Below, in pieces: positions 51,530-64,000 of a stretch of DNA of 64,000 nt (positions within the stretch are counted from its first letter, which is position 1; every line of letters begins with the position of its first letter). Below the pieces are notes generated by a model. It was given only the letters and a program-made list of their open reading frames with translations. It was not told the origin of the DNA and did no database searches. Source of the DNA: Mobula hypostoma (taxonomy: Eukaryota); NCBI RefSeq assembly GCF_963921235.1, contig NC_086097.1, forward strand, positions 109,928,001-109,992,000, given 5' to 3'. A program made the translations under genes and the position numbers.

Positions 51530-54500
51530 ACAGTTCACAATAACACCCCATGGTGGACAAGCATATCAGTTCCGTCCCAGTCCTGGTCACCCGACCTGGA
51601 CCACCTTGTGATTATTTTGTTGTCCACTTTATCTGCCAAAGGAGTTTTCAGCCATCATCTTGGTAGTGGTATACATCCCACCTCAGGCTCATGTCAAACA
51701 GGATCTGACAAACTGAGTGATGTAATGAACATGCATGAGACAGCGCACGTAATGCCTTCCCAATTATTTGGGGGATTTTAACATCAACATATCACTATGG
51801 AACCAGAGGAGCCGACACACTGGACTACTTAATGTGCCATCCCACACCCACACTTTGGAAATTCTGATCACCCGGCTGTACTCCTACCCCTTGAGTATAG
51901 GCAGACACTGAAGACTACCGCACCTATAGTGAGGACCAAGAAGGAGCTGAACAAAAGGAGGTGCAGGAGCACTTACAGGACTGCTTTGAGTCAGTGAACT
52001 GGACGGTACTCAGGGATTCATCATTGAATCTGAATGAATAAGCCACAGTTGTCACTGACTTCATTAAAGCCAATGCGGGTGAGTGTGTGCCTATGAGAAT
52101 ATACCGTACACCACATGAAAAACCATGGATGAACCAGGAGATTCATAGACAGCTGAGGGCTGGATCTGTGGCATTCAAGTCTGGTGATCCAGGACTAAAC
52201 AAGAAGGCCAGGTACAACTTATGAAGGGCCATCTCAAGAGCAAAAGAACAATTTCAGTTAAGGTTAGAGGCAGAATTGGATGCACATTAACTCCGGCAGG
52301 GTTTGCTTCAAAGAAAGCAAAATCTAACACCATGAATGGCAGTGATGTTTCAATCCCAGAGGAGATCAACACCTTTTATGCATGCTGTGAAAGGGAGAAT
52401 AAAACTACAACTATGAGGATCCCTGCAGCACCCAGTGACCCTGAGATCTCTGCCTCAGGGGCCAACATCAGAACATCTTTCAAGAGGGTGAAATCTCGCA
52501 AGGTAAGGGATCCCAGTGGTGTATCTGGTAAGCCAAGGAAAGAGCAGATAGGTAGCAAAAGGGAGTGGGAAGTTGGATGATTGGAAAGCTTTAAAAATCC
52601 AACAAAAGGCAACTAAAAAAACCATAAGAAGGGAAAAGATGAACTATGAGGGCAGACTAGCCAGTAATATAAAGCAGGATACCAAAATTTTTTCCAATTA
52701 TTTAAAAAGTAAAAGGGAGGTGAGAGTTGATATTGGACCACTGAAAAATTATGCTGGTGAGGTAGTAATAGGGGACAAAGAAATAGCAGATCAGCTTATA
52801 TTGCCAGGGGTCAGTAGTGGGAGCGCTGCTTTTCACATTGTTAATGATTTAGATAATGGAATTGATGACTTTGTGGCAAAGCTTGCAGATGATACAAAGA
52901 TAGGTGGAGAGGTAGATAGTGCTGAGGAAGCAATGCAATTGCAGTAAGACTTAGACAATTTGCAAGAATGGGCAAAAAAGTGGCAGATGGAATACAGTGT
53001 TGGGAAATGTACGATAATGCACTCTGCTAAAAAGATTAATAGTGCAGACTATTATCTAAATGGGAAGAAGGTTCAAACATCAGAGGTGCAGAGGGACTTA
53101 GGAGTCCTCATGCAAGACTCCTAGAAGGTTAATTTACAGGTTGAGTCTGTGGCAAATGCAATGTTAGCATTTATTTCAAGGGAAATAGAATATAAAAGTA
53201 AGGAGATAATGCTGAGTCTTTGTAAGACACTAGTCAGGCCACACTTGGAGTATTGTCAACAGTTCTGGGTCCCATATCTCAGAAAGGATGTGTTGTCATT
53301 GGAGAGAGTCCACAGGAGGTTCACAAGGATGATTCCAGGAATGAAGGGGTTAACATATGAGGAGCGTTTGGCAGCTTTGGGCCCTGACTCACTGGAATTT
53401 AGAAGAATGCAGGGGGATCTCATTGAAACCTACCAAATGGTAAAAGGACCAGATCGGGTGGATGTTAAGAGGATGTTTCCTATAGTGAGGGTATCCAGAA
53501 CTAGGGGGCACAACCTCAAAATTGAGGAGCAACCCTTTAGAAGAGAGGTAAGGAGGAAATGTTTTAGCCAAGGAGTTAGTAAATCTGTGGAATGCTCTGT
53601 CACAGACTGTGGTGGAGGCCAAGTCTGTGCATATATTTAAGGTAGAAGTTGGTCAAGGCATCAAAGGATATGGCGAGAAGGCAAGTGTATGGGTTTGAGT
53701 GGGATTGAGAATCAGCCATGATAGAGTGGCGGAGCAGACTCGATGAACTGAATAGCCTACTTCTGCTCCTATGTCTGGTGGTCTCAAGGTTCTGAAAAGC
53801 TATGCCAGCCAACTGGCGGGTATGTTCAAAGCTACTTTCAATCTCTCATTGATACAGTTGGAAGTTTTGCATCTGCCTCAGGAGGGCAACAATTATACCA
53901 GTGCCCAGGAAGAGCAGGGTGCGCTGCCTTAACAACTAACATTCAGTAGCACTCGTCAATGGTGATGCAATGCTTTGAGAAGTTGGTTATGGCTAGAATT
54001 AACTCATGCCTAAATAAGGACCTGGACCCACTGCAATTTTCCTATCACCATAATATGTCTACAGTAGATGTGATCCTATTGGCTTTGCATGTGGCCTTGG
54101 ATCACCATCGATAATAGTAATAGTTACATCAGGCTGCTGATTATTTACTACAGCTCATCTTTTAACACAATCATTCCTACAGTTCTGATCAAAAAGCTCC
54201 AAAAACTGGGTCTCTGTAACTTCCTCTGCAATTAGATCCTCGACTTCCTCACTGGAAGATAACAGTCTGTGCAGATTGGAAATAACTTCTCCACTTCACT
54301 GATAATCAACACTGGCGCACCTCAAGGATGTGTGCTTAGCCCACTGCTCTACTCTCTCTACACCCATGATTGTGTGGTGAGGCACAGCTCAAATGCCATC
54401 TATATATTTCCTGATGACACAACTATTGTTGGCAGAATGTCAGATGGAGACAAGAAGGCGAACAGGAGCGAGATAGATCAGCTAGTTGGTGTCGTAGCAA

Positions 54501-55310
54501 CAACCTTGCACTTAGCATCAGTAAGACCAAAGAGCTGATTGTGGACTTCAGAAGGGGTAAGATGAAGAAACACACACCAGTCCTCAGAGAGAGGTCAGAT
54601 GTAGAAAAGATGAGAAATTTCAAGTTCCTGGGTGTCAATATCTCTGAGCATCTATCCTGAGCCTAACATATTGGTGAAGTTACAAAGAAGGCACAATAGT
54701 GGCTATATTTCATTAGGAGTTTGAGGATATTTGGTAAGTCACCAAAGACACTCATAATTTTCTAAAGATGTACCATGGAGAGCATTCTATCTGGCTGCAT
54801 CACCATCTGGTATGGGGAGAGGGAAGGTGCTACTGCACAAGGTCGAAATAAGTTACAGCAAGATATAAACTCAGCCAGCTTCATCATGAGCATTAGCCTT
54901 CCCAGCATCCAGGACATCTTTGGAGAGCAATGCCTCAGAAAGGTGTCATCCATCATTATGGACCTCCACCGCCCAGGACACACCCTCTTCTCATTGCTCC
55001 CATCAAGGAGGAGGTACAGGAGCCGGAAGGCAAACGCTCAATGGTTCAGGAACAGCTTCTTCCCCTTCGCCATCAGATTTCTGAATGGACAATAAACCCA
55101 TGAACACTACCTCACTACTTTTTCCTCTTTTTGTGTTACTTATCTAATTTAACTTTTTAAATATATATACACACACACACATACTGTATATATCTTACTG
55201 TAGTTTACAGTTTTTATTATTATGTATTATAATGTACAGCTGCCACATAACAACACATTTCATGACATATGCCAGTGATATTAAACCTGAATCTGGTTCT
55301 GATTTTGATT
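51530..55310 (+). mobile_element. Degenerate Rex1/Babar LINE (about 51530-52530 and 53790-55310) split by CR1
   Basis: GDFN, KPWMNQE, TGAPQGCVLSPLLYSLYTHDC and LLPSRRRYRS..SFFP.AIR; tail ctgaatctggttctgatt. Confidence 0.85.
52535..53785 (+). mobile_element. Internally deleted CR1 fragment
   Basis: ORFs 52573-52947 (jumps from the EN-RT linker into the RT core) and 53149-53640. Confidence 0.85.
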
Positions 55311-55439
55311 ACAACACAGGGCTTCTCATTTAGGACAGAGTTATTTTTGGCATTTTAGGATGGAATGATTTACTTAGGTGGTAAAACTGTGGGATTTTTA
55401 GCCACAGAAATCAATACAGTACATGTCACTTAATATATT

Positions 55440-56870
55440 TGAAGACTTCAGATGACTGGAGGATAGACAATGTTGTTCCCCTGTTTAATAAAGGCTTTAA
55501 AAACAAACCAGGAAATTAGAGTCTGACATCAGTAGTGGGAATGTTATTGGCAGGTATTCTAAGGGACTGGATTATATGAATATTTGGACAGACTAGGACT
55601 GATTAGGGATAGTCAGCATGGTTTCATGTGTGATAGGCCATTTATAACCAAACTTACAGAATTTTTTGAGGAAGTTACTAGGAAAGTTGGTGATGGCAAG
55701 ACAGTTGATATTGTCTGCATGGGCACAGCATTTGACAAGGTCCTGGATGGAACTTTGGTCAAGAAATTTCAGTCGCTCAGCATTCAAGATGAGGTAGTAA
55801 ATTAGATTTGACATTGGCCTTGTGGGAGAAGTCAGAGAGTGGTAGTAGATGGTTGCCTTTTCCACATGGTCTGTGACCAGTGGAGAGAAACAGGGATCAG
55901 TACTGGGTCCATTGTTGTTTGTCATCTACATCAAGGATCTGGTGATAATGCGGTTGACTGGATCAGCCAATTTGAGGATTCCATCAAGATTGAGGGTGTA
56001 GTGCGCAGTGAGGAAGACTATCATGGCTTGCATCAGGATCTGGACCAGCCAGAAAACATGGGCTGAAAAATGGCGGATGGAATTTAATGCAGACAAGTGT
56101 GAGGCATTGCACTTCATTAGTGCCAACCAGTGTAGGTTGTAAACAGTGAATGTTAGGGCACTGCGGAGAGCTGTATGAACAAATGGATCTGGAAATACAG
56201 GTCCATAATTCATTGAAAGTGACTTGACAGGTAGATAGGATCATCAAGAAAGCTTTTGGCACATTGCACTTCATAAATCAAAGTATTGCGTTTCTGAAAT
56301 GGGATGTTATGTTGAAGTCGTATAAGATGTTGGTGAGGCCTAATTTGGAATATTATAGGCAGTTTTAGTCAGCTAGCTGCAGGAAAGATGTAAACAAAGT
56401 TGAAGGAGTACAGAGAAATTTACAAGGATGTTGCCAGGTCTGACAGACCTGAGTTATAAGGAAAGATTGAATAGGTTAGGATTTTATTCCTTGGAGCATA
56501 AAAGATTGAGGGGAGATTTGATAGAGGTCTACAAAATTATAAGGAATATAGATAGGGTAAATGCAAGCACGCTTTTTCCACGGAGGGTGGGTGGGTCTAC
56601 AACTAGAGGTCATGGGTTAAGTGTGAAAGGTGAAAAGTTTAAGAGGAACATGAGGGGAAACTTCCCGATTCAGAGGGTGGTGAGTGCAAGTTGTGCATGC
56701 AAGCTTGATTTCAACATCTAAGAGAAGTTTGGATAGTTGTATGAATGGTAGGGGTATGGAGGACTATGTTCTGGTTCAGGTGAATGAGAGTAGGCAATTT
56801 AAATGGTTTGACATGGACTAGATGGGCTGAAGGACCTGTTTCTGTGCTGTAGTTTTCTATGATGCTATGA
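55440..56870 (+). mobile_element. Degenerate 5'-truncated CR1
   Basis: LIRDSQHGF..EFFEEVT and RLRGDLIEVYKI; ttctatgatgctatga tail. Confidence 0.85.
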
Positions 56871-58252
56871 CTATTTAAAAAGGAGATGGATAGATTTCTA
56901 GACACAAAAGGCATGAAGTGTATGGACAGAATATAGTGATGAGATGGAGAATCAGCCATTATTGAATAATGGAATAGGCTTGATAGTTCAATAGCTTACT
57001 GTTGGTTTGACTTGTTATGTATAGATATGTGGACAAAGTAATTTGTCAGTAATAAAGTGGAGTATGAATTCCTGGAGAGTACAATAAATGATTTCCTAGA
57101 TCTATATTTGGAGGAACTGGGGGTGGAGAAGGTGAATGCTATTATAGATTTAGTGTTGTGCAATGAGAAAAAAGTCATTAGTGATCTGGTAATTAAGGGA
57201 TTTTAAGGAAAGTGATCATATTTTATATAAATATGAATACTTTCCTAAATTTTGAATTTTATTTTTATAAAGAAAATAAAATTAATAGTTCATGTAAATT
57301 TTATATAATGATCAAAAATGATTTTGTTCAATTTGAAAGCAGGGACTTGCATAAAGTATGTGGCTGTAATCGATCAAGAAACTATTTCAAATAATTGACA
57401 ACAAAAATATGATCATTAATGTCAAAGAATTAAATAAGCTGTTCACAACGAATTTATACCCCTTTAGAGTGCAGAAATTCAAACAGAAATGGCTAATAAG
57501 AGATTAGCATCAGATCAATGTAGCATAACTGCCAGAAAGAGTAGTACACCCAAAGATTGCAAAAAATTTGATTGTGCGAAGGGAGGGGGAATGGGAGGCT
57601 TTGGGGCTTTGCTGTTTCAGTCATTCATTCTGTGAAGTTTCTTGTTTCGTGGATGTCTGTAATGAGTATGAGTTTTAGGTTGTGTACTGCATACTGATAT
57701 TAAATGTCCCTTTGAAATTCAGAATTCTGCAAAGGACAAAGAAACAAGAAAAACAAAGTCAAAAGCAAAGGTCATCTGGGATAAGACACAGGTAAAAGAC
57801 ACATAATTACTTATAAGAGGCTATTCAGCCCAACAGGTCCATGCCAGTTCCCAACAGTCTCATTCCCCCCTCTTTATTTCGTTGTATAAATATGTAAAAA
57901 GGGAATGATTAACAGAAAGTCAGAGAGAATCTATGGAGTGTAATACACAGTCGTTGTTTCAGGCTAAGAACCTGAAGTTTATTCCCCTAGAGATGTTGCC
58001 TGATTTGCTGAGTTCCTTCAGCATTTTCTGTGTGTTGCTAAAGACAGCATCTGCAAAATATCTTATATTTAAGATTAACAGAAGTTGATCTGGATTCCGC
58101 AAAGGCAGACGCAGGAGGAATTATATTGGGGAATAAAGAAATAGCAAAGGAAATCAAGCAAGTTTTTTTTATGTCAGTCTTCATGGAAGAATAATTCCCA
58201 CAAATAGTAGAGCATAACTGAGGAGCCAAAAAAATTAGTATTAATAATGAAA

Positions 58253-58562
58253 GGACAGCACAGTAGCATAGCAGTTAGCACAACGCTTGATGTTGCCAGT
58301 AATCAGGGTTCAAATCCCGCTGCTATCTATGCAAAATTTGTACATTCTCACCATGACCTCATAGTTTCCTTTGGGTGCTCCAGTTTCCTCCCATATTCCA
58401 AAGACTTATGGGTTAGTAAGGGTTAGTAAGTTGTGGGCATGCTTTGTTGGCACCAGAAAAATGGCGCACTTGCGGGTTGTCCCCCAGCACATCCTCATTC
58501 TGTGTTGGTCATTGGCATAAACAACGTTTCAATGGAGGTGTGACAATTAAAACTAATCTTAT
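58253..58562 (+). mobile_element. V-SINE-like element
   Basis: tRNA-like head (gggttcaaatccc B box) followed by V-domain tttgtacattctc..gggtgctccagtttcctccca..ccaaagac. Confidence 0.7.
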
Positions 58563-58574
58563 GATGAACATACA

Positions 58575-58895
58575 AACTGCCTACTGGTGTTTAGGGCAAC
58601 AATGAAGGTCATGTTTCTGTTTGTCCTTGGACACTCAGATGTAGAAGGATTCTACATTGTTGTTTCTGTAACAATTTTGTTCTACCAGTCAGAGTTGTTA
58701 GCCCTGATCTGAACCCCCAGACCTGGAGGACTAGTGGACCACTCTTATTCTGGCCTCCACTCTTTGATCTGTTTGGCATGGGTGACCCTACAAAGCCAAA
58801 GCATAAAGCCCTGACTCCAGCCAAAGTAGCTCCTGGGGTCACAGAGGCATGCAAGCTTCCAAACCCTACAGCAAAGTTGTGGTCCTCTTAGAGGT
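58575..58895 (-). mobile_element. RTE-like LINE 5' or non-autonomous fragment
   Basis: gttagccc..aacccccagacctggaggac..tggcatgggtgaccctac motif, recognised from memory as RTE-like. Confidence 0.45.
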
Positions 58896-60829
58896 TATGG
58901 TGAACATGCCAAGGTTTTAAAAGAGGTAGCTATGAAGATAGTGGCTACAATTAAGTTCTACATTATTATCCTCACAAATTGGAAGGTAACCCAACTATAT
59001 TAAAAGAGAGAGAGAAAGAGATTAAGAAGCTACAGACCAATTAGCCTGATGTCAATAGTAGGGAAAGTTCTAGCATCTATTACTGAAGACGGCGTACCAG
59101 GGCACTGAAGGAAATAATGATAAAAGTAGGCAGAGTCAATGTAGATTGATGGAACCTACTGTAAATCATATTTAAGGAATATGTTTAAGTTTTTGGAGTT
59201 TCTAACTAACAGAATAAATTTGGGAGCTTAGTGGGCATAGAGTGATTGGACCTTCATAAAGCTGCTCACAAAGTACTACACATGAAGTAATTTTAAAACG
59301 CTAGAGCACACAGGATCAGACATATTATACTGATGTAGACTAAGGGTTGGTTGATGGACAGAGAATCAAAATAGAAATGGGTTGGGACGTTGCAGCATGA
59401 GTCAGTGCTGCAGCCCCGGTTGTTCAGATGAGGAAATGAAGTGTATTGTCAGCAAATGTGGAGACATTATAAATCCGGACAGGAAGGTAACAAAGAGTAT
59501 GCAGAGAAACTTTATGGGAACAAGTTGAAAGAAAGGGCAAAGGCACACTAAATGGAATATAATGTGGAGAAATGGGAAGCCATTCACTTTGCTTGAAAAA
59601 AACAAGAAAAAGATTTTTTATAAATGGTGAGACCTTGAATGGTGTTGGTTTTCTGAAGACCTGGAAAGTCCTGAAAATTTATCTGCAGGAACAGGTACCG
59701 TTAGAATTAGGAAGGGCAAATGGTATGTTGTTAGAGGATTTAAATATAAAAGTAGGAATGGCTTGTTTAAATTGTATAGCATCCTGGAAAGCCAAAATCT
59801 GTAAATTTCTCCCCAAGGAAAAATAGACTTTCAATAAAGGGACTATAGCAAATGTTTGTCTCATTAAGTTGGTCCTATGAGGAGAGATTAAACAGGTTGA
59901 ATGAATACTCTCTAGACTTCAGAAGAATGAAAGGTGACCTCATTGAAACAAAACAAAAATTCTAATGGGTTTGACAGGGTAGGTGCTGTGATGATGTATC
60001 CTCAGTTTGTGTTTCTAATCGGGGCCATTGCCAAGATTGTTCAATTCTATTACATCCAGTGCTTAAAAACACCACTGCCACATGTGATCTTTTAGTCCCT
60101 CCCAGGTTGGTACTCCATTTTCGCTCACGACTAATTACCGCACAAATACTTCACATCCTTTGCTTTGCTTATCAGAATTGGCCTACGTCAATGCATTTCG
60201 CCTTCTGGTTGCATTCCTTGAAGTATCAGCTATGTTGCAGCTTCAGTGAGTTGACACCTCATATTTAGGTACAATTATGCTGCTGCTGCCACTTCCTTCC
60301 GCACTCCTCTTTGAACCAGGGTTGGCCTACTGTCAATCAATCAAAGTACATTTATTTATTTTCAAAGAATGCATAAATTATACACCTTGAGATCTGTTTG
60401 CTTACAGGCAGCCACAAAGCAAGAAACCCGAAGAACCCAATTAAGAAAAAAAGGAAGTCCATAATCAGTGCACAAAGAAAGAAGGAAAAATACACACACA
60501 CACATCATGGAAATAGTAGATGCAAACGATAGTGTTCTGGGCAAAAAGGCTGTAACTGTAGGTTGAAAGATTTGGCAAGCCAGGGCATAAAATTCTTCTG
60601 CTACTGGCAGTCCACAGTGTCTCTCAGATTCTTATTTCTGAGGTGTCAGACATGTTCCATGTTTATCTCCAATAGCATGATTATAATGATGAACAACATG
60701 ACATCAGCATGAAGATGGAATTGTCTCTACAAGAGTTATGTGGTGAGCACTTCCACCAATACCATCACAGGCAATCACATCTGAACCCCAAAAAACCACC
60801 ACGTGGATCACCAGTGTCTCCCTTCCCAC

Positions 60830-61237
60830 TGTTTGTGGCATTTACTGGGAGCATTGTATACAAAGGGCCTGAAGGATTGTGAAGATCTCTACCAACCATC
60901 CCACAATCTCTTTGACACACTATCATCAAGAAGGTGGTACAGGAGCATCAGGACTAGGACTGCCAGACTGGGTAACAGATTTTTCCTTCAGGCTGTGAGA
61001 CTAATGAATACCCTGCCACAACCATGAACTTGTCACTAGGACAGCAAGCTGTTTAAGGTTTACTGCTTACCTTTGCAACACACCCCATGCACTTTGAATT
61101 ATATTTATTAATTTATTTGTGGGAATGTTTTCTTTTATGTACTGTGTGTGATATATGTATTGTAGTCCAAAGCAACGTTATTTTGTTTGGTTGTATATAC
61201 ATAGAGTCAGATGACAACTAATTTGAACTTGAACTTG
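60830..61237 (+). mobile_element. Rex1-type 3' fragment
   Basis: PSHNLF..LSSRRWYRSIRTRTARLGNRFFLQAVRLMN; (GAACTT)n tail. Confidence 0.75.
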
Positions 61238-61802
61238 TAGATTGATGAGGGTGGATTCAGGTATATTTATTCTTCATGTTGATTCATTCACTACCTGCCA
61301 CAGGCCCAGTCTGACAGTTGTGTTCTTCAGGTCAGTTTGCTCAGGGGACTATCAAGCCAGTGCTGGTGATGACATTGAAGTCTACCCAGATGTATGGCAT
61401 GCTCTTACTACTCTCTCTTTGGTGTTCCTACCAAATCTTGTTCAACGTAAAGAAAAACTAATTCTTCAGCTGAGAAAGGATGGTGAGTAGTAATCAGGAC
61501 AATGGTCCCTTGATCATATTGCACTGATATCATGAAACTTAATGCAGTCTGAAGTTGGGAGGTTTTACCTGCCTGTGGTAAAAAAATACCTAGGAATTGT
61601 GACAGGTAAATCTGGCATATTGATTGGAAGTTAAGATTCTGTGAAAACAAGTATATCAGTGTGTTGTTTAAGTAGTTTGCCTCAGGTTAGCTTATAGCAT
61701 ATATGCCAGCCACCAAATGTTTATGAGGAGGATTTCATAATGTTCAAATGTTCATTTATTATCAAAGTATACAACTCTTCTTCTACAGGTAGCCATAAAA
61801 CC

Positions 61803-61842
<40 letters not shown>

Positions 61843-61851
61843 AAAGAAAAG
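61803..61851. repeat. (GAAA)n microsatellite
   Basis: Direct read. Confidence 0.95.
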
Positions 61852-62057
61852 ATCATCAACTCCCAAATCCCTCCCCCTCACATAAAGAAATGAATAAAAA
61901 TAGAACAGGCACATCAACTCCCAAATAACCTTCCCTGCACACAAAAAAACTGAGAAAGGTCAGGCGAAAAACATAGAATACAAACAAACATACGACTGGA
62001 AAAAAGTCCACAGTCCAAGTCCATATCCAAAACACAGAAAACCTAGGCAATATTCTC

Positions 62058-62272
62058 TCTCTCCATAACAGAGTGACCTCACCAGCAATAAAAAGGCAGT
62101 CTCCCCTCTCTATAAGCAGAACGATCTCACCAGTGATAGAAAGGCAGTCTCCCTTCTCCATAGCAGAGCAATCTCACCAGCGATAAAAAGGCAGTCTCCC
62201 CTCTCCACAGCAGAGTGATCTTACCAGCCATCTCCCCTCTCCAGCAGCAGAACAATCCCCCAGCAATAAAAA
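62058..62272. repeat. Minisatellite, about 47-bp unit, about 4-5 copies
   Basis: tcaccag recurs at 62079, 62127 and 62174; unit cagag..atctcaccagc.ataaaaaggcagtctcccctctcca. Confidence 0.85.
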
Positions 62273-62277
62273 AAAGC

Positions 62278-64000
62278 AGGCAGCTGGCAAAGGAAATGGG
62301 GGAGATCTTAAATAGGTTTTTTGCATCTGTATTTACTAAGGAAACTCGCATGAAGTCTATGGAATTGAGGAAATCAAGTAGTGAGATCATGGAAACTGTA
62401 CAGATTGAAAAGGAGGAGGTGCTTGCTGTCTTGAGGAAAATTAAAGTGGATAAATCCCTGGGACCTGACAGAGTGTTCCCTCGGACCTTGAAGGAGACTA
62501 GTGTTGAAATTGCGGGGGCCCTGGCAGAAATATTTAAAATGTCGCTGTCTACGGGTGAGGTACCAGAGGATTGGAGAGTGGCTCATGTTGTTCTGTTGTT
62601 TAAAAAAGGATCGAAAAGTAATCCGCGAAATTATAGGCCGGTGAGTTTAACGTCAGTAGTAGGTAAGTTATTGGAGGGAGTACTAAGAGACAGAACCTAC
62701 AAGCATTTGGATAGACAGGGACTTATTAGGGAGAGTCAACATGGCTTTGTGTGTGGTAGGTCATGTTTGACCAATCTATTGGAGTTTTTTGAGGAGGTTA
62801 CCAGCAAAGTGGATGAAGGGAAGGCAGTGGATATTGTCTACATGAATTTCAGTAAGGCCTTTGACAAGGTCCCGCATGGGAGGTTAGTTAGGAAAATTCA
62901 CTCGCTAGGTATACGTGGAGAGGTGGTAAATTAGTTTAGACATTGGCTCAATGGAAGAAGCCAAAGAGTGGTGGTAGAGAATTGCTTCTCTGAGTGGAGG
63001 CCTGTGACTAGTGGTGTGCCACAGGGATCAGTGCTGGGTCCATTGTTATTTGTCATCTATATCAATGATCTGGATGATAATGTGGTAAATTGGATCAGCA
63101 AATTTGCTGATGATACAAAGATTGGAGGTGTAGTAGACAGTGAGGAAGGTTTTCAGAGCCAGCAGAGGGACTTGGACCAGCTGGAAAAATGGGCTGAAAA
63201 ATGGCAGATGGAGTTTAATACTGACAAGTGTGAGGTATTGCACGTTGGAAGGACAAACCAAGGTAGAACATACAGGGTTAATGATAAGGCATTGAGGAGT
63301 GCAGTAGAACAGAGGGATCTGGGAATACAGATACAAAATTCCCTAAAAGTGGCGTCACAAGTAGATAGGGTTGTAAAGAGAGCTTTTGGTACATTGGCCT
63401 TTATTGATCAAAGTATTGAGTATAAGAGCTGGAATGTTATGATGAGGTTGTATAAGGCATTGGTGAGGCCAAATCTGGAGTATTGTGTTCAGTTTTGGTC
63501 ACCTAATTACAGGAAGGTTATAAATAAGGTTGAAAGAGTGCAGAGAAAGTTTACAAGGATGTTGCCGGGACTTGAGAAACTCAGTTACAGAGAAAGGTTG
63601 AATAGGTTAGTACTTTATTCCCTGAAGCATAGAAGAATGAGGGGAGATTTGATAGAGGTATATAAAATTATGATGGGTATAGATAGAGTGAATGCAAGCA
63701 GGCTTTTTCCACTGAGGCAAGGGGAGAAAAAAAACCAGAGGACATGGGCTAAGGGTGAGGGGGGAAAAGTTTAAAGGGAACATTAGGGGGGGCTTCTTCA
63801 CACAGAGAGTGGTGGGAGTATGGAATGAGCTGCCAGATGAGGTGGTAAATGCAGGTTCTTTATTAACATTTAAGAATAAATTGGACAGATACATGGATGG
63901 GAGTTGTATGGAGGGATATGGTCCGTGTGCAGGTCAGTGGGACTAGGCAGAAAATGGTTCGGCACAGCCAAGAAGGGCCAAAAGGCCTGTTTCTGTGCCG
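62278..64000 (+). mobile_element. 5'-truncated CR1 (RT and 3' end, runs to the window edge)
   Basis: ORFs 62215-62934, 62968-63774 and 63755-63946. Confidence 0.93.

Larger units (their letters stand above)
57000..60030 (+). mobile_element. Very old CR1 remnant with nested SINE, RTE-like and Penelope pieces
   Basis: Scattered LVLCNE, YRPISLMS and agaagaatgaaaggtgacctcattgaa motifs in CR1 order. Confidence 0.6.

Noticed and set aside
60040..61700. Degenerate minus-strand LINE-like sequence between Rex1 tails
   Set aside because: Too decayed to assign a family or boundaries by eye.
62058..62272. CRISPR-like array
   Set aside because: Contiguous diverged units without unique spacers, no cas genes, eukaryotic context.

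Overview
Eukaryotic, gene-free, almost entirely retroelement-derived DNA. The repeat mix (several CR1 families, Rex1/Babar, Penelope-like elements, V-SINE, Nimb, Mag-type Gypsy) suggests a cartilaginous fish, probably a ray; this is inference. I found no host exon. Nearly all ORF-track calls are LINE or LTR fragments or their antisense shadows. The main result is largely invisible in the ORF track: a heavily decayed foamy-virus-like (spumaretrovirus-like) provirus on the minus strand at about 579-5330. Manual translation across frameshifts recovers protease (FDTGA), RT (KPDG[RWR], DLAxG[F]WSHP, YVD[D]IY, LGLLNY), the connection domain, an HHCC + DYIG integrase and a weaker foamy-type Gag capsid segment. 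Its RNase H is missing and replaced by a Rex1 fragment. A non-repetitive block at 18166-20005 becomes directly adjacent to the gag-like segment once the nested CR1s are removed, so it may be the displaced 5' part of the provirus. The rest is deeply nested insertions, including a near-intact CR1 ORF2, a near full-length Rex1, a complete Gypsy with TSD/PBS/PPT, an RNase H-bearing Nimb-like LINE and Penelope-derived hairpins with hammerhead ribozyme motifs. Reference foamy sequences were compared from memory, with no database search. Boundaries of old elements are approximate.
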